Part shown: one piece after another, positions 8,016 through 17,266 of the stretch
How positions within the stretch are numbered: the first letter of the stretch is position 1
How the letters are laid out: every line of letters starts with the position of its first letter
Assembly (NCBI GenBank): GCA_028700115.1
Contig: JAQVTI010000002.1
Location: 49,821 to 81,820, forward strand
Direction of reading: 5' to 3'
From: Candidatus Iainarchaeum sp.
GTDB taxonomy: Archaea > Iainarchaeota > Iainarchaeia > Iainarchaeales > CSSED10-239
Length of the DNA stretch: 32,000 bases
Program-made: the position numbers and the translations under genes
Notes under the pieces: generated by a model
Told to the model about the DNA's origin: nothing
What the model saw: the letters and a program-made list of their open reading frames with translations, nothing else
Database searches by the model: none

Positions 8016-9395
8016 ATGAGTTTAGACTTAAAAAAAGAAGATATTGGTAAATTACTTGAAATAAATTTAAAAGAAAAAGCAAAAGATGGAAAACAAATTA
8101 TCCATAAGGGCTTTTTAGTTGAATTTAATTCTAATGATTTAAAAGTAAAATTAGAAGATAATGGTTATAATATAGGAATTGATTTAAAACATATAGAAAA
8201 AATTAATTTCTTAGACAAAAAAGTAACTTTAGGAAAACCTTCTAAAATAAATCTAAAAGAAAACAAAGATTTACCAAATGTTTATTATATAGGAACAGGA
8301 GGAACAATTGGAACACATGTGGACTATAATACAGGTGGAGTTTATATGTGTAGGTCTCCTGAAGAAATAATTTCAACAACTCCAGAAATTGCAAATATAA
8401 TAAATATAAAACAAACTTCTTCTGTTGTTATGAAAGGATCAGAAGACATGACTTTTAATGACTGGGCATTAATTTCAAGTGAAGTTTTTAAAGCTATAAG
8501 TGATTCAAATATAGATGGTGTTATAATTACACATGGAACTGATACTTTAAGTCTAACTGGTTCTGCAATTTCATTTATGATTGAAGGAATAAATAAACCT
8601 GTTTTATTAATTGGAGCACAGAGATCTCCAGATAGAGCTAGTTTTGATGGGTCTATGAATCTAATATGTGCATCTCATTTTATTAAAGAAAAAATACCAG
8701 GTGTATTTACTGTTATGCATGGTTCAATGAATGATGATTTTTGTTATGTTATTAGAAGTACAAAATCTAAAAAAATGCATACTTCTAGAAGAGATTCTTT
8801 TAGAGCAGTAAATGATAAGCCAATTGCTAAAGTTTATAAAAATGGAAAAATTGAATATTTAAAAGATAAAAAAGAATTAATTTTAGAATATCAAAAGAAA
8901 TTTGAAAAACCTGTTTTAAAAAATAAATTTTCTGAAAAAGTAGAAATCATTAAAGCATATCCTTCATCAAATCCAGAAGTTATTGATTTTTTTGTTGAAA
9001 AAGGTTGTAAGGGTTTAATAATTGAAGGAACTGCTTTAGGACATGTTCCTACTTTGTATGATAAAGATAAAGATTCTTATGGAAAAGAAAGTTGGATACC
9101 TTCTATTAAAAAAGCAGTTGAAAAAGGATTAATTATTATTATGACTTCACAGTCTGTTTTTGGAAGAGTTAATAGTAAGGTTTATGCAAATTTAAGATAT
9201 GCAAAAAACGCAGGGGTGAATTATTTAGATTCACACGATATGCTTTGTGATGTTGCTTATATTAAATTAAGTTTAGCTTTAGAAAGATTTAAAGAAAAAC
9301 AAGACGTTTTAGAATACATGAAAACAAATGTTTCTGGTGAGATTTCTGAAAAAGAACTTGCAGATTCATTTGAGAGTTCTTTAGAAAATTTATAA
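8016..9395 (+). CDS. gatD: Archaeal Glu-tRNA(Gln) amidotransferase subunit D (asparaginase-like)
   Basis: Asparaginase motifs 'VYYIGTGGTIGTHVDY' and 'DGVIITHGTDTLSLTG' with GatD-type N-terminal domain; directly upstream of gatE. Confidence 0.95.
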   Translation: MSLDLKKEDIGKLLEINLKEKAKDGKQIIHKGFLVEFNSNDLKVKLEDNGYNIGIDLKHIEKINFLDKKVTLGKPSKINLKENKDLPNVYYIGTGGTIGTHVDYNTGGVYMCRSPEEIISTTPEIANIINIKQTSSVVMKGSEDMTFNDWALISSEVFKAISDSNIDGVIITHGTDTLSLTGSAISFMIEGINKPVLLIGAQRSPDRASFDGSMNLICASHFIKEKIPGVFTVMHGSMNDDFCYVIRSTKSKKMHTSRRDSFRAVNDKPIAKVYKNGKIEYLKDKKELILEYQKKFEKPVLKNKFSEKVEIIKAYPSSNPEVIDFFVEKGCKGLIIEGTALGHVPTLYDKDKDSYGKESWIPSIKKAVEKGLIIIMTSQSVFGRVNSKVYANLRYAKNAGVNYLDSHDMLCDVAYIKLSLALERFKEKQDVLEYMKTNVSGEISEKELADSFESSLENL

Positions 9396-9417
9396 ATTTA
9401 AAAAATAATGATTAGAT

Positions 9418-11337
9418 ATGAAAACAATTACAGTGCAAGATATTAAAGACTATAAAGAATATGGTTTAAGATGTGGTTTAGAGATTCATCAACAGTTAGA
9501 TACACATAAACTTTTTTGTAAATGTAAGTCTAAACTTATAAAAGAGGATAGAAAACCTGACAAAATTATAAAAAGAGAACTTAGAGCAGTTTCTTCTGAA
9601 TCTGGAGAAATGGATCTTACTGCAAAAGCTGAAAGTTCAAAGAAAAAAACTTTTATTTATCAATTTTATAATGAATGTAATTGTTTAGTAGAAACTGATT
9701 CACAGCCTCCTTTTCCAATTAATAAAGAAGCACTTGAAACTTCTGTAATTATTTCTAATCTTACACATTCTAATTTAGTAGACAAATCTTATGTTATGAG
9801 AAAACAAGTAGTTGATGGGTCTAATGTTTCTGGTTTTCAGAGAACTACTATGATTTCTACAGATGGATATTTAGATTTTGATTTTGGTAGAGTTAGAATT
9901 GATAAAATTTTATTAGAAGAAGATGCTGCAAGAGCAATTGAGAGAAAAGAAAATGAAGTTATTTATAATCTAGATAGACTAGGAGTTCCTTTAATTGAAC
10001 TTGTTGCTTGGCATGATATTTATACACCTGAAGATGTAAAGAAAGTTGCATTGTATCTTGGACAAATGTTTAGATCTACTGGTCTTACTAAAAGAGGGCT
10101 TGGAACTATTAGACAGGATATAAACATTTCAATTACAAATGGTTCAAGAATAGAACTTAAAGGAACACAAGAACTTGATTTAATTCCTGAGATTGTAAAA
10201 AGAGAAGTTATTAGACAATTAAATTTATTAGAAGTTAAAAAAGAATTAGAAAATAGAAATATTTCAAAAGTTTTTTTAGAAAAAAAAGATATAAGTGATT
10301 TGTTTAAGACTTGTGATTCTAAAATAATCTCACAAGCTTTTAAAAATTCAAAAAAAGTTTATGCTTTTTCTCTAAAAGGTTTTAAAGGAATTATTGGTTT
10401 TGAAGTTCAACCAAACAGAAGAGTTGGAACTGAACTTGCTGGGATTTTAAAAAAGCATACTTCTCTAAAAGGAATATTTCATTCAGATGAACTTCCAAAT
10501 TATGGAATTACAGAAGATTATAAAAAACAAGTTTATAATAATTTAAATTTAGATGAAAATAAGGATGCTTATCTTTTAAGTGTGTGTGATTCTAAAGAAA
10601 TTGATTTAGTTAAAGAACTACTTGAAAACAGATTAAATCAATTACTTAAAGGAATTCCAAAAGAGACTAGAATGGTAAATATTGAAGGAAATTCAGAATA
10701 CCAAAGACCTCTTTCAACTTCTTCTAGAATGTATCCTGAAACTGATTTATTACCAATTACTTTTTCTAAAGAATTTTTAGAAAAAGCAAAATCTAAAATT
10801 CCATTAAGTATAAAAGAAAGACTAGATCTTTATGTAAATAAGTTTAAAATCTCAACTCAGTTAGCAGAAAAAATGAAATTAGACAATTTTGCTCCTTTAT
10901 TTGAGAATTTAGTAAAGTCTACAAAGATCAATCCAACTACTTTGTGTGTTTTCTTACTTGAGGATTTAGTTAAAGCAAGTAGAGATAACAAACTTGATCT
11001 GGATAATTTAGATAAATCTAAAATTATTGAGTTTTTTAAATCTGAAGATATAGAAAAAGTTCCAAAACAAAGACTAATTGATGCATTTATTTATTTTGAA
11101 AATAAAGATGTATCTCTAAAACAAGTAATTAATGATCTAGGACTAGATTCATCAGACATCGATCTTGATAAAATTGTAGATGATGTGTTTAATGATAACT
11201 TAGAGTTTATAAAAAAGCAAGGACTTAGAGCAAGTGGTCTTTTAATGGGTAGAGTGATGTCAAAAACTAAGGGTTTAGTTGATGGGAAAACTGTGTCTGA
11301 GAAAATAAGTTCTAAATTAAAGGATTTTGTTAAATAG
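9418..11337 (+). CDS. gatE: Archaeal Glu-tRNA(Gln) amidotransferase subunit E (GatB-like plus insertion)
   Basis: 'LRCGLEIHQQLDTHKLFCKC', 'GVPLIELVAWHDIYTPEDV', 'IRQDINISITNGSRIELKGTQELDLIPEIVKREVIRQ'. Confidence 0.96.
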   Translation: MKTITVQDIKDYKEYGLRCGLEIHQQLDTHKLFCKCKSKLIKEDRKPDKIIKRELRAVSSESGEMDLTAKAESSKKKTFIYQFYNECNCLVETDSQPPFPINKEALETSVIISNLTHSNLVDKSYVMRKQVVDGSNVSGFQRTTMISTDGYLDFDFGRVRIDKILLEEDAARAIERKENEVIYNLDRLGVPLIELVAWHDIYTPEDVKKVALYLGQMFRSTGLTKRGLGTIRQDINISITNGSRIELKGTQELDLIPEIVKREVIRQLNLLEVKKELENRNISKVFLEKKDISDLFKTCDSKIISQAFKNSKKVYAFSLKGFKGIIGFEVQPNRRVGTELAGILKKHTSLKGIFHSDELPNYGITEDYKKQVYNNLNLDENKDAYLLSVCDSKEIDLVKELLENRLNQLLKGIPKETRMVNIEGNSEYQRPLSTSSRMYPETDLLPITFSKEFLEKAKSKIPLSIKERLDLYVNKFKISTQLAEKMKLDNFAPLFENLVKSTKINPTTLCVFLLEDLVKASRDNKLDLDNLDKSKIIEFFKSEDIEKVPKQRLIDAFIYFENKDVSLKQVINDLGLDSSDIDLDKIVDDVFNDNLEFIKKQGLRASGLLMGRVMSKTKGLVDGKTVSEKISSKLKDFVK

Positions 11338-11411
11338 TTATAAAATAGTGTTTATTTGGATATTTTATATAAAAAATATCTTTTTAAATATTATTATCTT
11401 CTTTTTTAAGT

Positions 11412-12164
11412 ATGGATGCTAAGAAAAAAACTTCTGTTAAAAAAAAAGTTACTAAAAGTGCTTTAAAAAAACCTATTGTTAGAAAAAAAACTTCTGTTCA
11501 AAATAAAGTTAGTGCTTTAAAAAGACCTATTGTTAGAAAAAAAGTAAGTATTAAAAAAAAACCAATTTTAAAAGTTATTTCTAAATCCAAAACTTCTTTA
11601 TCACAACCTATTTTAATAAAAAATATTAATGATCCTTCAGAAGTAAGAAAATTTTATGAAAAGCATTATTCTCATTCAATTAAGAAAAAAAGTTTTTTTG
11701 ATATTTTTTGTAAATCTTTATGGTTTCCTATATGTGTGGTATTTTTTATTATATTTTCTGATTTTATTTTAAAATTAATACTTCATAATTTTTTTTCACC
11801 AGTTGTAATTTATTTTTCAAAGCAAAGTATATATTATGGATTTTTTATTTTATTTATGGCTATACTAGGTTTTGGGGCATATATTTCTTTATCATATGAA
11901 TCTGTTAAAAGAAGTTTTTCTTATAATAATTTTATAAGAAGTTTATTTAAAATTTCTTTAATTTTTTTATTTTGTGAATTAGTATTATTAATTTTTTCAT
12001 ATTTTACTATTTTAGTTCCTTATCTTATTTTATTTGGTTTAAATGGTAATTTATCTTATTTAATTTATTTAATTTTATGGTCTTTTATAAAATTTATTTT
12101 ATTTTTTATAATTTCAATAATTAGTTTTATTCTTTTTTCAAATGTAAATTATAACAGAGGTTAA
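11412..12164 (+). CDS. Membrane protein with Lys-rich repetitive cytoplasmic-type N-terminal tail and about 4 TM helices
   Basis: N-terminus MDAKKKTSVKKKVTKSALKKPIVRKKTSVQNKVSALKRPIVRKKVSIKKKP followed by hydrophobic segments. Confidence 0.7.
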   Translation: MDAKKKTSVKKKVTKSALKKPIVRKKTSVQNKVSALKRPIVRKKVSIKKKPILKVISKSKTSLSQPILIKNINDPSEVRKFYEKHYSHSIKKKSFFDIFCKSLWFPICVVFFIIFSDFILKLILHNFFSPVVIYFSKQSIYYGFFILFMAILGFGAYISLSYESVKRSFSYNNFIRSLFKISLIFLFCELVLLIFSYFTILVPYLILFGLNGNLSYLIYLILWSFIKFILFFIISIISFILFSNVNYNRG

Positions 12165-12167
12165 TTT

Positions 12168-12680
12168 ATGAGTTCTATGAAAATTTTATTTGCTCCTTGG
12201 AGAGAAGAATACTGGAATTTATCAACAAAACAAGATTCTAAAAATTTAAATAAATGTGTTTTGTGTAATCCTTTAGAAGAAGAATTAATTTTAATTTCTA
12301 AATATTCTTACATTATTTCAAATAAATATCCTTATGCTTCTGGTCATTTATTAGTTTGTCCAAAAAGACATATAAATAATATAAATGATTTAACTTCTAA
12401 GGAAAAAATTGATTTATTTAATTTAATTGATTTAAGTGTTTATGCTTTAAAATTAAGTCTAAAACCAGAAGGATATAATATTGGTTGTTCTGTTGGAAAG
12501 ATTGCAGGAGAGAGTATTAATCATCTTCACTTTCATATCTTACCTAGGTTTAAAGGAGATGTTGGTTGGAATAAGCTTTGTGATTTTGAAGTTATTTCTG
12601 TTTCTCCAGAAAATTTAACTAAAGATTTAAAAAAATTAATTTTAGAAAAAAAGCTAAAAAAGAAATTTGATATAAAATAA
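12168..12680 (+). CDS. HIT family hydrolase/nucleotide phosphorylase-like protein
   Basis: Histidine triad 'HLHFHILPR', N-terminal 'CVLCNP' and 'YPYASGHLLVCPKRHI'. Confidence 0.92.
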   Translation: MSSMKILFAPWREEYWNLSTKQDSKNLNKCVLCNPLEEELILISKYSYIISNKYPYASGHLLVCPKRHINNINDLTSKEKIDLFNLIDLSVYALKLSLKPEGYNIGCSVGKIAGESINHLHFHILPRFKGDVGWNKLCDFEVISVSPENLTKDLKKLILEKKLKKKFDIK

Positions 12681-12780
12681 GTTTGTTTTTTTAAATTTTT
12701 TTATGTTTTTTTAAATTTTTCTTTTAGCAAATGCTTTTTAAATATAATTAATTATTATATATATAATCTATTTATTTTAG

Positions 12781-13284
12781 GTGGGGCAAAATATGTTTAA
12801 GATTTTTAAAAAGACAACTGTTAGACAACATTTAGAGATTGATGATTCATTAATTTCTGAAGCAAAAAAACCAAAAAAAGAAGTTTTCTCAGATTATAAA
12901 AATTATAGAGATAAATCTATTGATTGGTTAAAAGAACATTTAAAAGTTATTGACGAAGTTGTTAATAATAAAAAACTAGGTTCTAAACAACAAGGTAATT
13001 TTATTTTAGATGGTAAAAAGATATATAAGTCAGATATAACTAGAGATTTATTTAATAAGATGTTTGATAATTATACAACTTATTATTTTGCTCTTAAAAG
13101 ATATATTAATGTTAGAAAAGAACTCGAACAAATTGAAAAAATTAAAAATGAAGAATTTTTAGTTGCTGGAAGAGCTAAAGAATATAACACAGAAGCAACT
13201 AATATTGAGCAAGAATTAAATAAATGTTTAAGCAATATTTTTAAATTAAAGCAAAAGATTAAAGAAGAAGTTTATTCTTATTAA
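12781..13284 (+). CDS. Uncharacterised alpha-helical/coiled-coil protein; more likely start is ATG 12793 (GTG 12781 lies in the SD-like GTGGGG)
   Basis: Intact ORF with TATA-like upstream TTATATATAATC; long Lys/Glu-rich helices; no recognised family. Confidence 0.65.
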   Translation: MGQNMFKIFKKTTVRQHLEIDDSLISEAKKPKKEVFSDYKNYRDKSIDWLKEHLKVIDEVVNNKKLGSKQQGNFILDGKKIYKSDITRDLFNKMFDNYTTYYFALKRYINVRKELEQIEKIKNEEFLVAGRAKEYNTEATNIEQELNKCLSNIFKLKQKIKEEVYSY

Positions 13285-13303
13285 TTTTATAAAATATAGA
13301 TTT

Positions 13304-13327
13304 AAAAGGAATTAAATCATTCCTTTT
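13304..13327. terminator. AAAAGGAAT-TAAATC-ATTCCTTTT hairpin between convergent genes
   Basis: 9-bp perfect stem, 6-nt loop, 20 nt after stop of the + gene and overlapping the stop of the - gene. Confidence 0.5.
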
Positions 13328-13512
13328 GCCATTCCTTTTGCAGATCTTAAACATTTTTTATGCCAGTATTGTCCACCCCATTTTTTATCACAACCAGGTT
13401 TATTACAAAGAGCACAATTTTCGGTAGGATATTTACATGTTGTTAAATCTATTTCTTGAACTTTATTTTTTTCTTCAGTTTTTTCTTTTTTTTTAAATAA
13501 ATTTAATCCCAT
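13312..13512 (-). CDS. Small (66 aa) Cys/His-rich putative zinc-binding protein
   Basis: MGLNLFKKKEKTEEKNKVQEIDLTTCKYPTENCALCNKPGCDKKWGGQYWHKKCLRSAKGMAKGMI; CxxC...WHxxC pattern, half-LIM-like; RBS-like AAAGGAAAAG upstream on the minus strand. Confidence 0.7.
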   Translation of the reverse strand: MGLNLFKKKEKTEEKNKVQEIDLTTCKYPTENCALCNKPGCDKKWGGQYWHKKCLRSAKGMAKGMI

Positions 13513-13547
13513 ATTTCTTTTCCTTTAAATTATTTTTAAATATTAAA

Positions 13548-13620
13548 TAGTCCGGAGGAGATTCGAACTCCTGTCGCCAGGTTCAAAGCCTGAAATGCTT
13601 GGCCACTACACTACCGGACT
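13548..13620 (-). tRNA. tRNA-Gln (anticodon TTG)
   Basis: Reverse complement folds: acceptor AGTCCGG/CCGGACT, anticodon arm TCAGG-CTTTGAA-CCTGG, T arm AGGAG-TTCGAAT-CTCCT, discriminator A. Confidence 0.93.
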
Positions 13621-13791
13621 TTTATTTTTTAATTTTTTTTTTGATTTTATATAAATATAAGAAAAAGAAGTATTTTTATATCTTTTCAAATAACATATTT
13701 ATGAGTAGAAATATTTAAATTCTTTTAGATTCATAATTTATTTATAATTTAAATTATTTTAACTTTTTTTATAAAAAGAGATTATATTTTA

Positions 13792-13867
13792 GGGAGTTTA
13801 GCTTAGTCTGGTTTTGAGCACTCGACTGATAATCGAGAGGTCGCAGGTTCGAATCCTGCAATTCCCA
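13792..13867 (+). tRNA. tRNA-Ile (anticodon GAT)
   Basis: Acceptor GGGAGTT/AATTCCC, anticodon arm CTCGA-CTGATAA-TCGAG, T arm GCAGG-TTCGAAT-CCTGC, discriminator A. Confidence 0.95.
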
Positions 13868-13995
13868 TTTTATATTTTTTTAATTTAATTTTTAATATAC
13901 ATTATTTTTTTTAAAAAAACCTTTCTTTTATAAATTTAATTACTATTAATTATCTAATTAAATATTGTTAATAAAATATAAAATGTGAATAAAAT

Positions 13996-14193
13996 ATGAA
14001 TAATATAGTTTTTTGTAAGTCTAATGATTTTTTAGAATATATATCCTTAGATATGGATTATAATCCTTCAGATTATGATTATGATCAAGATCCAAAAAAT
14101 AATATAGATGATGATTCTTTAGATTCTTCAGATGAAGAAATAGAAGATGATTGGGATGATGATTCTTCTGATTATGATTCTGATTCTGAATAG
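13996..14193 (+). CDS. Small super-acidic protein (65 aa) with Asp/Ser/Glu-rich C-terminus
   Basis: MNNIVFCKSNDFLEYISLDMDYNPSDYDYDQDPKNNIDDDSLDSSDEEIEDDWDDDSSDYDSDSE; followed by T-run. Confidence 0.5.
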   Translation: MNNIVFCKSNDFLEYISLDMDYNPSDYDYDQDPKNNIDDDSLDSSDEEIEDDWDDDSSDYDSDSE

Positions 14194-14333
14194 TTTTTTT
14201 AATTTCTTTTTTTTTCTTTTTTTTATATCATAAGATATTTAAATAGTTTGTGACTATATTATATTATATAAAATTAAGTTTATTTTTATAAATTATTTTA
14301 TAAATAAAAAAAGGGGTTTTATGGTGATTTTTT

Positions 14334-14735
14334 ATGAGTGATATAGAAAATAAAGAACAAAATAATGAAATTATAGAGCAAGATTTATCTTTAGAAGATG
14401 AAGATGTTGAAGAAGATGATGATAAACTTCCTTTTCCAAATGCAAGAGTTGTAAGATTAATGAGAGAGAGTTTAGATTCTCATAAACAAATTAAATCTAT
14501 TGTTAAGAAAGAAATGAATATTTTTTTAGGAAGACTTGTTGAAACTATTTGTAAAAAAATGAATGAATTTGATTATTCTTATGTTGATTATGGTATGTTT
14601 AAACAAGCAACAGAAACTTTTGAAAATATACAAACAATAGAGCTTGAAAAAATTAGAATTATTAAAGCTTTAGAAAAAATAAAAGCAGATTGTGATGTTT
14701 TAGTAAATGATGTTGAAAGAAAATTCCATGAGTAA
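14334..14735 (+). CDS. Probable archaeal histone-fold protein with acidic N-terminal tail
   Basis: 'LPFPNARVVRLMRESLDSHKQIKSIVKKEMNIFLGRLVETICKKMNEFDYSYVDYGMFKQATETFENI' follows the helix-loop-helix-loop-helix histone-fold pattern (LPfa.v.RImr......I...a...l......I......A.......v...D...A); preceded by tail EQDLSLEDEDVEEDDD. Confidence 0.55.
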   Translation: MSDIENKEQNNEIIEQDLSLEDEDVEEDDDKLPFPNARVVRLMRESLDSHKQIKSIVKKEMNIFLGRLVETICKKMNEFDYSYVDYGMFKQATETFENIQTIELEKIRIIKALEKIKADCDVLVNDVERKFHE

Positions 14736-14898
14736 ATCTTGTGGTTTTTATTTTTTTATTTAAAATTTATTATATTTTTTTAATAAAGGTTAGTAAAATA
14801 ATTTTTTATAATAAAATAATTATTCCTACCAATTATATTCTTTTTTTAATATTTTAAATTTTTGTTTAATTTTAAAAAATATATAAAAATTAAAAAGG

Positions 14899-16521
14899 GT
14901 GATTTATATGAGTTCAGAAAATAGTCAAAATAATGTGATGCTTCCAGAAGGTTCTAGAAGAGATAAAGGAAAAGATGCACAAAAAATTAATATAATGGTT
15001 GCAAAAGCAGTATCTAATGCTGTAAAATCAACTTTAGGACCAAAAGGTATGGATAAAATGCTTGTAGATGAACTTGGTGATGTAACTGTTAGTAATGATG
15101 GGGCTACTATTTTAAAAGAAATGTCAATAGAACATCCTGTTGGAAAAATGCTTGTTGAACTTGCAAAAACTCAAGATTCAGAAGTTGGAGATGGAACAAC
15201 TAGTGCTGTTGTAATTGCTGGGGAGTTAATTTCTCGTGCAGAGTTTCTTTTAGATGAAAATATTCATCCATCTTTAATTATTAAAGGATATAAAATGGCT
15301 TCTGAGAAAGCATGTCAATATTTTTCAGAAATTTCTCAGCCAATAACTTTAGATGATAAAAATTTACTTTTAGATATTGCAAAAACATCAATGACTGGAA
15401 AAGCTTCAGATTATAGTTTTTATCTTTCTGAAATTGTAGTTGATTCTGTTTTAAAAATAAATTCAAAAAATAAATTAGAAAAAGAATCTATAAAAATTGA
15501 ACCAAAATTAGGAGCTTCTCTTTCTGATACCAAATTAATTGAAGGGCTTGTTTTAGATAAAGAAATTCTTCATCCAGAAATGGAAAAGTCTTTAAAAAAT
15601 GTTAAAGTTGTAGTGATTTCTTCTGCTTTGGAAATTAAAGAGCCCGAAACAGATACTAAAGTTCAAATAAATACTCCTGAACAATTACAATCTTTTATTG
15701 ATCAAGAAGAAAATATTTTAAAAGAAATGGTCTCAAAAATAAAAGAAAGCGGTGCGAAATTTGTATTTTGTCAAAAAGGAATTGATGATCTTGCAGAACA
15801 TTTTTTAGCAAAAGAAGGTATTTCTGCAATAAGGAGAGTTAAAGCAAGTGATATTGAAAGAATTTCAAAAGCATCAGGTGCTAGAATTATTTCTAGAATT
15901 AATGAATTATCTGAAAAAGATCTTGGATTTTTTGGGAATATTTCTGAAAAAAAGATTGCTGGGGATAATATGTTGTTTTTAGAAAATGCTAAAAATCCTG
16001 GTCAAGTTACTATTCTTTTAAGAGGAAGCTCAGAACATGTTCTTGCAGAAACAGAAAGAACAATTACAGATGCAATTGGTGCAGTTATTTCTTCTATAAA
16101 AACAGGGAAATATGTTTCTGGAGGAGGTTCTAGTGAAATAGAAGTTTCATTAAAAATAAGAAATTTTGCAAAAACTGTTGGTGGGAGAGAACAACTTGCA
16201 ATTGAAGCTTTTGCAGATGTTTTAGATGTTATTCCTAAAATATTAGCTGAAAGTGCTGGAATGGATGCTATTGATACTATTGTTTCTCTTAGAAGTTTAC
16301 ATCAAGATCCTAAAAATATGTTTTTTGGAGTAAATGTTTTAAAATCAGATATTAAAGATATGAAATCTGAAAATGTAATAGAACCATTAAATTTAAAGCT
16401 TCAAGTAATAAATTCTGCTTCAGAAGTAGTAGAAATGATTTTAAGAATTGATGATATTATTGCAGCTTCTTCAAAAAATAAATCTTTTAATCAAAATCAA
16501 ATGCCTTTTTCTGGCATGTGA
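14899..16521 (+). CDS. thsA: Thermosome (group II chaperonin) subunit; likely start ATG 14908 after AAAAAGGGTGAT
   Basis: '[68 protein letters not shown]', '[12 protein letters not shown]', '[13 protein letters not shown]'. C-terminus is short (QMPFSGM) without a long GGM tail. Confidence 0.97.
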   Translation: MIYMSSENSQNNVMLPEGSRRDKGKDAQKINIMVAKAVSNAVKSTLGPKGMDKMLVDELGDVTVSNDGATILKEMSIEHPVGKMLVELAKTQDSEVGDGTTSAVVIAGELISRAEFLLDENIHPSLIIKGYKMASEKACQYFSEISQPITLDDKNLLLDIAKTSMTGKASDYSFYLSEIVVDSVLKINSKNKLEKESIKIEPKLGASLSDTKLIEGLVLDKEILHPEMEKSLKNVKVVVISSALEIKEPETDTKVQINTPEQLQSFIDQEENILKEMVSKIKESGAKFVFCQKGIDDLAEHFLAKEGISAIRRVKASDIERISKASGARIISRINELSEKDLGFFGNISEKKIAGDNMLFLENAKNPGQVTILLRGSSEHVLAETERTITDAIGAVISSIKTGKYVSGGGSSEIEVSLKIRNFAKTVGGREQLAIEAFADVLDVIPKILAESAGMDAIDTIVSLRSLHQDPKNMFFGVNVLKSDIKDMKSENVIEPLNLKLQVINSASEVVEMILRIDDIIAASSKNKSFNQNQMPFSGM

Positions 16522-16655
16522 TTTTTTTTCTTTTTTTAAATTTTTTATCTTTTTTGCATATTTTTAATAAAACAAATAAATAAATATGTTTTCTTTATTA
16601 TATTTAATATATATTTATTACTTTTTAAAGTAATATTATAATTTGTGAAAAAAAT

Positions 16656-17003
16656 ATGAAATTAGAAGAAATAAAACCTTATCAAAAAAAAATAAGTTTT
16701 CTTGCAAAAGTTATTTCTAAAACTCCAGAAAGAAAAGTAGTTTCTAGATTAGATGATGTTGAACATAAAGTTTGTGAAGTTTTATTAGGTGATGATACAG
16801 GTATAGTTTATTTAACTTTGTGGGATGATTCTATTAATCTTTTAGAAATTGGAAAAGTTTATTCTTTTAAAAATTTATATTCTTCTGAATTTAAAAAATC
16901 TTTAAGATTAAATCTTGGAAGATTTGGAGAATTTGATATTTTTAATGAGGATGTAGTTGTAGATTTAGATAAAAAACTTTCAAGTGATATAGTAATAGAT
17001 TAA
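16656..17003 (+). CDS. OB-fold nucleic-acid-binding protein (archaeal SSB/RPA-like)
   Basis: 'ISFLAKVISKTPERKVVSRLDDVEHKVCEVLLGDDTGIVYLTLWDDSINLLEIGKVYSFKNLYSSEFKKSLRLNLGRFGEF' typical OB-fold of RPA-like proteins. Confidence 0.8.
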   Translation: MKLEEIKPYQKKISFLAKVISKTPERKVVSRLDDVEHKVCEVLLGDDTGIVYLTLWDDSINLLEIGKVYSFKNLYSSEFKKSLRLNLGRFGEFDIFNEDVVVDLDKKLSSDIVID

Positions 17004-17133
17004 TATTTTTAAAATATTTTAGAAAACTTATAATTTGTAAAAAAACAAATGTATTTATAAATATTTTATAACTATATATTTCTATATATATCTTTTAAAA
17101 AATATGCCTTTTTTTAACATTTTTTAAAAATAA

Positions 17134-17209
17134 GGGAGTGTAGCTTAGTCTGGTTTAGAGCATTGGTCTTATACACCAAAGGTCGCAGGTTCGAATCCTG
17201 CTACTCCCA
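17134..17209 (+). tRNA. tRNA-Ile (anticodon TAT), decodes AUA
   Basis: Acceptor GGGAGTG/TACTCCC, D arm GCTT..GAGC, anticodon arm TTGGT-CTTATAC-ACCAA, T arm GCAGG-TTCGAAT-CCTGC, discriminator A; position 34-36 = TAT by 7-nt loop counting. Body nearly identical to the tRNA-Ile(GAT) at 13792. Confidence 0.93.
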
Positions 17210-17266
17210 CTAGTTTTTTAAATATTTTTATTTATTCTATATTTAAATATTATAGGTATTTTTAAA

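Noticed and set aside
11412-12164. Lys-rich ORF as an archaeal histone H1/Alba homologue
   Set aside because: The basic tail is followed by several clear TM helices, and no Alba or H1 core is present.
15281-15466. Minus-strand ORF in the thermosome gene
   Set aside because: Antisense shadow of a confidently coding gene.
17134-17209. Possible tRNA-Val(TAC) reading of the CTTATAC loop
   Set aside because: With the 5-bp stem TTGGT/ACCAA the 7-nt loop forces anticodon TAT; TAC would require a shifted, mispaired stem. Similarity to tRNA-Ile(GAT) also supports Ile.
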